Notes under the pieces: generated by a model
Database searches by the model: none
What the model was told of the DNA's origin: nothing
The model's input: the letters and a program-made list of their open reading frames with translations, nothing else
Origin: Archangium sp.
Lineage (GTDB): Bacteria; Myxococcota; Myxococcia; Myxococcales; Myxococcaceae
Direction of reading: 5' to 3'
Length of the DNA: 16,795 bases
NCBI GenBank assembly: GCA_031367385.1
Contig: JANLPS010000531.1
Coordinates: 1-16,795, forward strand
Shown here: positions 8,699 to 15,653 of the stretch, one piece after another
Layout: every line of letters starts with the position of its first letter
Position numbering within the stretch: the stretch's first letter is position 1
Translations under genes and position numbers: made by a program

Positions 8699-9516
8699 AC
8701 CGCCACCGCGAAGTCGCGAAGCGCTTGATTCAACGAGGTTTTCTGGTCGGTCGACTTGCCGCGCGTGCCGATGATCAACGCACACGGCACCTGGTACGCC
8801 CCCGCGGGAAATTGCTTGGTCCTCGTCCCGGGGATCACCACGCTTCGCGGCGGCACTACGCCCTTGTGAATCACTTCTTTTTCTCCACTCACGTCGATGA
8901 TCTGCGTCGACGAGGTGAGCACCACGTTCGCGCCGAGCACCGCCTCTTCACCGACCACCACCCCCTCGACCACCACGCAGCGGCTGCCGATGAACGCGCC
9001 GTCTTCGATGATGACCGGTTGCGCGCTCGCGGGCTCGAGCACCCCGCCGATGCCGACGCCGCCTGACAAATGCACGTTGCGGCCGATTTGCGCGCAGCTG
9101 CCGACCGTGGCCCAGGTGTCGACCATCGTGCCCGCGCCGACCCAGGCGCCGATGTTCACGTAGGCGGGCATCACGATCACTGAGCGCTCGAGAAACGCGC
9201 CGTAGCGAATCGCTCCAGGAGGCACCAGGCGAACACCCGCCTCCGCCAGGCCTTTCTTGAGCGGTATCTTGTCGTGAAATTCGAAAGGAGGCGTCTCGGT
9301 GGTCTTCATCTCAGCGAGCGAGAAGTAGAGCAGTATCGCCTGCTTGACCCAGGCGTTGACCTCCCACCCGCCGACGGCCTTCTGCGCCACCCGAATGACG
9401 CCGCGGTCGAGCAGCGAGAGGGTCTCTTTGACCGCCATCGCGTAGAACGGCTCTTTGAGCTTTTCGCGATCAGCGAACGCCGCGTCGATTCGTTGCTTCA
9501 AGTCATCGAGGTTCAT
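8695..9516 (-). CDS. dapD: 2,3,4,5-tetrahydropyridine-2,6-dicarboxylate N-succinyltransferase
   Basis: W.VN.WVKQAILLYF, DKIPLK, R.VPP, MPAYVNIGA, MVDTWATVGSCAQIG..VHLSGGVGIGGVLEP and KTSLN..LR motifs. Confidence 0.96.
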   Translation of the reverse strand: MNLDDLKQRIDAAFADREKLKEPFYAMAVKETLSLLDRGVIRVAQKAVGGWEVNAWVKQAILLYFSLAEMKTTETPPFEFHDKIPLKKGLAEAGVRLVPPGAIRYGAFLERSVIVMPAYVNIGAWVGAGTMVDTWATVGSCAQIGRNVHLSGGVGIGGVLEPASAQPVIIEDGAFIGSRCVVVEGVVVGEEAVLGANVVLTSSTQIIDVSGEKEVIHKGVVPPRSVVIPGTRTKQFPAGAYQVPCALIIGTRGKSTDQKTSLNQALRDFAVAV

Positions 9517-9558
9517 GTCGGCCGGGGGTTGTAGCACCGGCCGCCGCTCGTGGTGAGC

Positions 9559-10035
9559 CTACGCCCGCGGCGAGCGGGCCGAACCACGTACGCGCCGCGC
9601 CAATGCCAACAACGCCAGCACCGCCATCGACCCAGGTACCGCCTGCGCTCCGCACCCGTACCTGGGTGGGGGCAGCCCGGTCTTCGTATCACCGACCAGG
9701 TTCGGGTCAGTGCCACTGCGCAGCTCGGCGATGTCGGTCAAGCCATCGCCATCACTGTCGACCGCGTCGGCCTCGAGCTTGGTGAGCGCTGTCTGCAGCG
9801 AGGCCTCGTTGTACGAGACCAGCCCCCTGGCCTTCATGCTCAGCGCGAACGGCGTAATCACCGTCGACGCGTCTTGTTTGTTGTTCTTGTGACACAGCGA
9901 GCACTGCTGCGAAGGCGGCTGTTTGAGCCCCAAATCGGTCGCGATCGCGAACGGGTACGTCGGAGTCGCCCCCGCCGCCCCCGCCGCGAGCGCCACCAGC
10001 ACCACCGCTGCGCGTGACACGCTGGCCGCTCTCAT
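9559..10035 (-). CDS. Small secreted CxxCH (putative monoheme c) protein with TSP3-like Ca-binding motif and MYXO-CTERM-like C-terminal anchor
   Basis: Signal peptide ending AAGA. CSLCH at 9889-9903. DSDGDGLTDIAEL..GTDP. Tail YGCGAQAVPGSMAVLALLALARRVR. ATG overlaps the upstream gene's stop (ATGA). Confidence 0.75.
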   Translation of the reverse strand: MRAASVSRAAVVLVALAAGAAGATPTYPFAIATDLGLKQPPSQQCSLCHKNNKQDASTVITPFALSMKARGLVSYNEASLQTALTKLEADAVDSDGDGLTDIAELRSGTDPNLVGDTKTGLPPPRYGCGAQAVPGSMAVLALLALARRVRGSARSPRA

Positions 10036-11219
10036 AAGAACACGTGCGCTTGCAAGAGAATGGTCACGCTGGTCGAGGGGTCTTGCCCGCCCGTGTGCGC
10101 CAGCCGCCGAATGATGCCGTCGACCCGAATCTCGGTGTGCGGCAACACGTACCAGGCCGCCGCCGCCCAGAACCCAAGGCTCGGGCCCCGCGCGCCATCA
10201 CCCTGGTGCATCGCCTCGAGCGACCCACTCACATGAATGCCCGGCACCACCTCGACATCGGTCTGCAACCAGCTCGCGAACCCGAACCGGTCGACCAGCC
10301 CCGGCTGCTGCCAGATGAGCAGGTCGGCTTCTCCCAAGAACGAGAGAATGTCGGTCGGCGAAAACCGCGCCATGAAGCCGTGGGCGTGGCGCACCTGGGG
10401 TTGCTGATTCACGAAGTCAGCCTGCGCGCTCGTGATCAGGCTCGAGAGCCCGACGTAGAGGTTCGAGCGAAACGCATATTCGGCGAACCCCGAATAGCCA
10501 CGCTCGCGATACGCGTCGGGCCCCAGCGAATAGTTGCCCAGAATGCCCATCACCTCGCCGCGCAGCACATCGGAGTTGTACGCCGCGCTCACCCCATACT
10601 GCTGCCCCAGGTTCACATCGGTCGCGGTCAACGCCCGCACCCACGAGGTGTGCTCGTTGTTGCGCAGCCCGAACGGCAGGTTGATTCGCCCCGCCCGCAC
10701 CATCACCGCCTCGTCGCTGAACAACGCGCCCGCCCAGAACTCGCGCGAGATCCACTGAACTCCGCAGGGGCTCGCGGTGCAGAGCGGCAGAATCGCACCC
10801 AGGCCCGCGTTGCGAATGCCCACGCCGGTCGTCACGTGGGCCACGAACCGGTCGACCTTCACCGTCGCATACAGGTCGCTCGCCATCACCAATGGGCGCA
10901 CCACGCTGCCCACCGGTATCAGCGCTCCACCGCGCAGGTTGCCCGAGAGGTTCACCGCTTCGGGCAGCTCGATGCCCCATAAGAAATTCGCCGTCTTCGA
11001 CACGTCTTGCTCTTCGCCCGGCTTGGGGCGGTCGAGCTTCCACCGCAGCAGGGTGTCTGACTGGGCGCGGCCGTACAGCGTCAGCTGCCCGCTGCCCGAG
11101 GGGTCGACGTGGCAAGCCGCACAGGTTTGATACCCGTGCTTCACCATCCACGGAAAGGCCAGGGCTGGGGTGGCGCTCGTGACGACAGCGCAGCAGACCA
11201 GCCAACCGATTGAACGCAT
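10032..11219 (-). CDS. Putative outer-membrane beta-barrel with N-terminal CxxCH (cytochrome c-porin fusion, Cyc2-like architecture)
   Basis: Signal peptide ending ALA. Mature N-terminus FPWMVKHGYQTCAACHVDPSGSGQLTLYGR. Amphipathic aromatic-rich strands (VRAGRINLPFG, YSGFAEYAF, FWAAAAWY). C-terminus ILLQAHVFL. Confidence 0.75.
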   Translation of the reverse strand: MRSIGWLVCCAVVTSATPALAFPWMVKHGYQTCAACHVDPSGSGQLTLYGRAQSDTLLRWKLDRPKPGEEQDVSKTANFLWGIELPEAVNLSGNLRGGALIPVGSVVRPLVMASDLYATVKVDRFVAHVTTGVGIRNAGLGAILPLCTASPCGVQWISREFWAGALFSDEAVMVRAGRINLPFGLRNNEHTSWVRALTATDVNLGQQYGVSAAYNSDVLRGEVMGILGNYSLGPDAYRERGYSGFAEYAFRSNLYVGLSSLITSAQADFVNQQPQVRHAHGFMARFSPTDILSFLGEADLLIWQQPGLVDRFGFASWLQTDVEVVPGIHVSGSLEAMHQGDGARGPSLGFWAAAAWYVLPHTEIRVDGIIRRLAHTGGQDPSTSVTILLQAHVFL

Positions 11220-11264
11220 GAGCCGCCTTTTCTACGTACCTTGAAGTCGCGAGTCGAGCGCTGC

Positions 11265-11807
11265 TTACTGGCCCAAAGAGAACTTGGCGTGAATCGCGAC
11301 GTCAGGCTTCACGGTCACACCCATGTAGCTGCGCACCTTCACGTCGTAGTCTTTCAAGTTGATGCTCCCGTTCGCGTCGACGTCGCACACCGTGCCTTTG
11401 CACGCGGTCTTGTACTTGAACGTGATGTCTTTGCTCTTGCCGTGCAGGGTGAAGGTGCCTTTGCCCTCGCCCTCGGCGGGCTTGCCGTCAGCCAGCACCT
11501 TGAGTGACTCGTCGGGTATCGAGAGCGAAATGTCGGGGTACTTTTCCGACTCCAGGTCTTCAGACATGTGCCGGTTGCGCAGGCCGATGCCGGTGTCGAG
11601 GTCTTTGATCAACACCGTGATGAGGGTGTTCTTGCCGTCGTCTTTGGCCACCATCTTGGCCGTCTTGCCGTCGAACTTGAGGCCGACGGTGCCGGTGGCG
11701 GTGAACCCGACCTCGGGCTCTCCTTTGACCGACCAGCCGGCGAATGCGGTGAGTGCGGCACCTACACAGGCCATCAGAACCCAGCGAGACAGTGTGAGCG
11801 GCTTCAT
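11265..11807 (-). CDS. YceI-family periplasmic lipid/polyisoprenoid-binding protein
   Basis: Signal peptide ending AFA. LDTGIGLRNRHM..LESEKYP.I, G.FTLHGKSK and INLKDYDV motifs typical of YceI. AAAGGT RBS upstream. Confidence 0.88.
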   Translation of the reverse strand: MKPLTLSRWVLMACVGAALTAFAGWSVKGEPEVGFTATGTVGLKFDGKTAKMVAKDDGKNTLITVLIKDLDTGIGLRNRHMSEDLESEKYPDISLSIPDESLKVLADGKPAEGEGKGTFTLHGKSKDITFKYKTACKGTVCDVDANGSINLKDYDVKVRSYMGVTVKPDVAIHAKFSLGQ

Positions 11808-12000
11808 AAGTACAGACCTTTCGACTTCGTGTGGCGAACGGGTGCAGAGCTACGCACCAGGCGAAACAAGGTCACGCATCATGGCCGAAAGAAATTCACG
11901 AGGGCCATCCAAAGATTCGAAAGGCTGCCCCAAACTGAGGGAAACACTCAAGGAAAAGGTCGATCGATCGCCTGAAGATCGTGCGAGAGTGCGCCTCGGC

Positions 12001-13230
12001 ATGACGGTGAGTTTTGACGAATTCGCGCAGCGGGCCATGTCCTTCCTGCGCTCCCAGGGTGAGACGCGAAAGCTCGTCGTTGATGAGAAGCGCGGCTTTT
12101 TGATCATCGGCGAATCGCCGGGCCTGGTGAGCTTCGCGTACTTGCGCCACGCGTTCGGTGAATACAAAACCTCGCTCCCCTCTGAGTACGACAAGCTGCT
12201 CCACCGCCGCCTGTGGACGGTGATTTCACCCGACGCCAAGCCCAGCAAAGAGGTGCTCTACCGGTCGGTGGTGCCCCGGCTGCGCGACCGGGCCTGGTTC
12301 TCGGCCGTTCGCCGCCAGGCCGAGCTCGAGCTGGGGGCCGACGAGGCCGCGATTGAAGAGGTGATGCTGCCTCACCGGGCGGTCAACTCCGAGCTGTCGG
12401 TGCACCTGGCCTACGAGCTGCCCACCTCGATGATGGAGCTGGGCCCCGACCGCCTGCGCGCCTGGCACACCACCTTCGACGAGCTGCTCGAGGTCTCGAA
12501 GAAGAACCTGCGCGCCCGCTCGACCACGCCGTTCGAGAACCCCGAGCCCGGCATGTTCGTCTCGCCGTACAAAGACTCGTACGACGCCACTCGCATCATT
12601 TTGCCAGAGCTGTTCGAAGCCCTGAAGGTGAAGGGCAAGCCGGTGATCATCGCGCCCACGCACGACATCGTTCTGGTCACCGGTGATGAAGACGCCGAAG
12701 GCCTCGAGCGCCTGGGCCTGTGGGCAGAGCAGGGCCTGCTCGAGCCGCGGCCCAATTCGGCGGTGACCTTTCGGCTCGAGAATCGTGGCTGGCGGCCCTG
12801 GTTGCCGAATCGAGATCACCCCGCGTACACCAAGCTCAAGCTGCTGCAGCTGCAGACCGTGGCCTCGGCGTACTCGCGGCAAAAAGAGGTGCTCGAGGCG
12901 CTGCTCGAGGCCAACGGGCACGACATCTTCGTGGCCAACATGCGGGCCTTTCGCGCGACCGGAGGCGATATCTTCACCAGCTGCTCGTGGACCGAGGGCG
13001 TCGAAGCCCTGTTGCCCGAGACCGATCGCCTCGACTTCGTTCGCCTGCCGCCCGATGGAGGCGAAGCTGCGAACGGCACCGTCTGGTCGACCAGCTGGGC
13101 CGTCGCCGTGCGCACCTTGGGCACCCAGATGCAGCCGACCGGTGACGTGCCCGAGCGCTGGCGCGTTCGCGGGTTTCCAACCGATGCGCAGCTCGAGCAG
13201 ATGTCGCTCGAGGGCGCGATGCCCACGTAG
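12001..13230 (+). CDS. Hypothetical protein, DUF1444-like
   Basis: GC-biased codon usage from ATG 12001. Motifs VVPRLR, LAYELPTSM, L..W....DEL...A/SKKNL, SYDATRIIL and APTHDIVLVTG resemble DUF1444-type proteins. The upstream ORF extension is antisense to yceI and was discarded. Confidence 0.7.
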   Translation: MTVSFDEFAQRAMSFLRSQGETRKLVVDEKRGFLIIGESPGLVSFAYLRHAFGEYKTSLPSEYDKLLHRRLWTVISPDAKPSKEVLYRSVVPRLRDRAWFSAVRRQAELELGADEAAIEEVMLPHRAVNSELSVHLAYELPTSMMELGPDRLRAWHTTFDELLEVSKKNLRARSTTPFENPEPGMFVSPYKDSYDATRIILPELFEALKVKGKPVIIAPTHDIVLVTGDEDAEGLERLGLWAEQGLLEPRPNSAVTFRLENRGWRPWLPNRDHPAYTKLKLLQLQTVASAYSRQKEVLEALLEANGHDIFVANMRAFRATGGDIFTSCSWTEGVEALLPETDRLDFVRLPPDGGEAANGTVWSTSWAVAVRTLGTQMQPTGDVPERWRVRGFPTDAQLEQMSLEGAMPT

Positions 13231-13255
13231 TGTGCTGTCTGAAAAGAGACCTGCC

Positions 13256-13516
13256 ATGACGCTCGATGAATCGTTTCTCGATGCGCAGCAACGCGTGAAG
13301 ACGCTCAGTGCGACGCCCGAGAATGACGTGCTGCTCGACCTCTACGCGTTGTTCAAGCAGGGCACGACCGGCGACGTGACCGGCTCACGCCCCGGCATGT
13401 TGGACTTCAAGGGCCGCGCGAAGTTCGACGCGTGGACCAAGAAGAAGGGCGTCACGCCCGAGGCCGCGAAGAACGCCTACATCGCGTTGGTCGACAAGCT
13501 GACCCGCTCGAAATGA
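13256..13516 (+). CDS. Acyl-CoA-binding protein (ACBP)
   Basis: F..AQQRVKTL...P.ND.LL.LYALFKQGT.GD....RPGM.DFKGRAKFDAW....G...E.AK.AYI.LV, the classic ACBP signature. 86 aa from ATG 13256. Confidence 0.95.
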   Translation: MTLDESFLDAQQRVKTLSATPENDVLLDLYALFKQGTTGDVTGSRPGMLDFKGRAKFDAWTKKKGVTPEAAKNAYIALVDKLTRSK

Positions 13517-13533
13517 GATGAGCGCTGCGCACG

Positions 13534-13619
13534 CAATCAGGGCTGCACGAAAAATCTGAGGCACCCAAAACGCAGGCAGCGGAAAAGCCGAGCCACACCC
13601 GAAAATCTGAGCTGCACCG
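13534..13619. repeat. Degenerate 16-19-bp tandem array (consensus about AAAATCTGAGCTGCACCG)
   Basis: Units CAATCAGGGCTGCACGA, AAAATCTGAGGCACCC, AAAACGCAGGCAGCGG, AAAAGCCGAGCCACACCCG and AAAATCTGAGCTGCACCG. Confidence 0.5.
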
Positions 13620-13628
13620 AATGAGACC

Positions 13629-13658
13629 AACTCTCATGGTGAGCCTGTCGAACCACGA
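13629..13658. repeat. 30-bp interspersed REP-like repeat, copy 2
   Basis: AACTCTCATGGTGAGCCTGTCGAACCACGA, containing the CTCA-TGG-TGAG mini-hairpin. Identical at 29/30 positions to 5267-5296. Confidence 0.85.
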
Positions 13659-13690
13659 ACCACGAACGACGAACGACGAACGACGAACGC
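13649..13690. repeat. Heptanucleotide tandem repeat CGAAC(C/G)A x6
   Basis: CGAACCA CGAACCA CGAACGA CGAACGA CGAACGA CGAACGC. Confidence 0.9.
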
Positions 13691-13733
13691 TCAAACCCTG
13701 TCGCCTGCCCTCGGCCTCCGTTAAACGAGCGAC

Positions 13734-15641
13734 ATGACGTTCATTCCCCTCGCCACCGCCGCATGGCTCATCCTCGCCGCGCCTCCCGAAAAAGCGCTCC
13801 ATGACTTCCTCCAGGTCGCGCTCTCGCCTGATGGCCAGTGGGTCGCCTCCGTCGAGGGCGATATGCCGGCCTCTGGCGGCGACCCGGTGGTCCGCGGTCT
13901 GACGATTCGCAGTGTCGATGGCAGGAGCACCAAATCGGTCAGGCTGCCATGTGGTGCCGTCCCCAGGTGTTGGCCCGCCTGGCCTGCTTGGTCACCCGAT
14001 TCGCGGTCGCTCTACTTCGCGCTCCGCTCACCCAGCAGTCACGCCCGCTCGCTCTACAAGGTGGCGAACGACGGCAGCACACTTCAGCGCGTGCTGGCCT
14101 TTGACGGCACCCTCGAACATCTGCGCTTCGGCCCCAAAGGCAAGTTGGCGATGCTGGCCACCGCTGGAGCGACCAAAGAGCAGGGCGCGATCGAGGCGGG
14201 GGCCCCAATCGTCGGCGACATCGACACGGCTCCTCCTGAACAACGCATCGCTTGGCTCGAAGGCAACGCGCTGCACTGGGCGTCACCCGCCGACACGTTC
14301 GTCTACGAATATGACTGGCTGCCTGACGGCACCGGCTTCGTGGGCACCGCCGCCCTCGGCGATGGAGACCGCAACTGGTGGGTCGCCAAGCTCTACGCCT
14401 TTGATGCGGTCGCTGGGAGCGGCCGCGTGATCTACGCACCCAGCTCGCTGCAGCAACAACTGGCGTCGCCCAAGGTCTCGCCTGATGGTGAACGGGTCGC
14501 CTTCATCGCCGGGTTGATGAGTGATTTCGGCGTCGTGGGTGGCGACGCCTTCACTCTGAACCTCAAGACCGGAGCAGCCACCAACCTCACCGTCGACCGC
14601 CCGTCGACGGTGACTTCGATTCAGTTCGGGTGCGATGGGCACCTGCTCACCGAGGTCCTCAAGGGCGGCGAGCGCTCCATCGTTGACCTCTCTGATTCGA
14701 GCACGCTGTGGCACGGCGAAGACGAATTGTATGACGCGTCGATCGCCTGCCCATCGGGGGCCTGGGCGGTTGCCCACGAGCGCTTCGACCGCGCCATCGA
14801 AATTCAAGTTGGGCCGCCCGGGCGGTGGCACGATCTGACCCAAGTCAATTCGGCCTTCGCCCCAGTGTCGACCGTGAAGAGCGTGACCTGGCGAAGTGAC
14901 GCATTCACCGTTCAAGGGTGGCTCTTGCTGCCATTGACGATGCCGGGCAACGGTCAGGCGCTCCCGATGCTGACCTTCGTGCACGGAGGCCCCTCGAGCG
15001 CGAAGAGCTCGCGCTTCGTCACCGGCCTGCACAGGGCACTGCTGCAACGGGGGTATGCCCTTTTTTACCCAAACCCGCGTGGCAGCTACGGCCAGGGCGA
15101 AGCCTTCACGATCGCGAACGTGCGCGACTTCGGGTTTGGCGATCTTCGCGACATCTTGGCGGGCGTCGACGCAGCAGCAGAAGCAGCCCCCATCGACCGC
15201 GAACGACTCGGCATCTTCGGCCACAGCTACGGCGGGTTCATGTCGATGTGGGCCGTTACGCAGACCGATCGATTCAAAGCGGCGGTGGCGGCCGCGGGCA
15301 TCTCGAATTGGCAGTCGTACGCCGGGCAAAACGGCATCGACGAATGGCTCAAGCCCTTCTTCGGAGCGACCGTGTACGACGACCCTGCCATCTATGCGAA
15401 GTCGTCGCCGATCGTGGGGGTCAAGAAAGTACGCACCCCCCTCTTCAGCTACGTGGGCGAAGCCGACATCGAGTGCCCGGCCGCACAGACCATCGAGCTC
15501 GCGCACGCCCTGCGAGCGCTGGGCAAGACCTCGTCGACCGTCATTTACCCTGGCGAAGGGCACTCCATTCGAGACCCCGCGCACTTGGCTGACATCGATC
15601 GCCGCACCGTCGAGTGGTTCGACAAGTGGCTCAAGCGCTGA
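13734..15641 (+). CDS. S9 (prolyl oligopeptidase/acylaminoacyl peptidase) family serine peptidase, probably exported
   Basis: WD40/PD40-like SPDG repeats, VHGGP, PNPRGSYGQG, catalytic GHSYGG, Asp in GEADIEC and His in YPGEGH. Short hydrophobic N-terminus. Confidence 0.92.
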   Translation: MTFIPLATAAWLILAAPPEKALHDFLQVALSPDGQWVASVEGDMPASGGDPVVRGLTIRSVDGRSTKSVRLPCGAVPRCWPAWPAWSPDSRSLYFALRSPSSHARSLYKVANDGSTLQRVLAFDGTLEHLRFGPKGKLAMLATAGATKEQGAIEAGAPIVGDIDTAPPEQRIAWLEGNALHWASPADTFVYEYDWLPDGTGFVGTAALGDGDRNWWVAKLYAFDAVAGSGRVIYAPSSLQQQLASPKVSPDGERVAFIAGLMSDFGVVGGDAFTLNLKTGAATNLTVDRPSTVTSIQFGCDGHLLTEVLKGGERSIVDLSDSSTLWHGEDELYDASIACPSGAWAVAHERFDRAIEIQVGPPGRWHDLTQVNSAFAPVSTVKSVTWRSDAFTVQGWLLLPLTMPGNGQALPMLTFVHGGPSSAKSSRFVTGLHRALLQRGYALFYPNPRGSYGQGEAFTIANVRDFGFGDLRDILAGVDAAAEAAPIDRERLGIFGHSYGGFMSMWAVTQTDRFKAAVAAAGISNWQSYAGQNGIDEWLKPFFGATVYDDPAIYAKSSPIVGVKKVRTPLFSYVGEADIECPAAQTIELAHALRALGKTSSTVIYPGEGHSIRDPAHLADIDRRTVEWFDKWLKR

Positions 15642-15653
15642 CGCTCCGGCGCC

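Noticed and set aside
7589..8728. 379-aa plus-strand ORF
   Set aside because: Antisense shadow of dapE. Arg/His-rich with no motifs, as expected in high-GC DNA.
8699..8785. Longer dapE start
   Set aside because: It lies inside dapD. The GTG at 8698 overlapping the dapD stop is the more plausible coupled start.
11843..11860. Sigma54-like site CTGGTGCGTAGCTCTGCA on the minus strand upstream of yceI
   Set aside because: The GG-to-GC spacing is 11 nt rather than the strict 10 nt.
11359..12000. N-terminal 214-codon extension of the 623-aa ORF
   Set aside because: It lies antisense to the well-supported yceI gene and crosses the intergenic region. The Ser/Pro-rich translation looks non-coding. 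ATG 12001 is preferred.
12785..13255. Long upstream extension of the ACBP ORF suggesting a fusion or frameshift
   Set aside because: It overlaps the DUF1444-like gene in another frame. ACBP has its own ATG at 13256 with a purine-rich upstream sequence and normal length.
13517..13733. Possible CRISPR array
   Set aside because: Units are 7 bp or 16-19 bp, degenerate and have no unique spacers. No cas genes are present.
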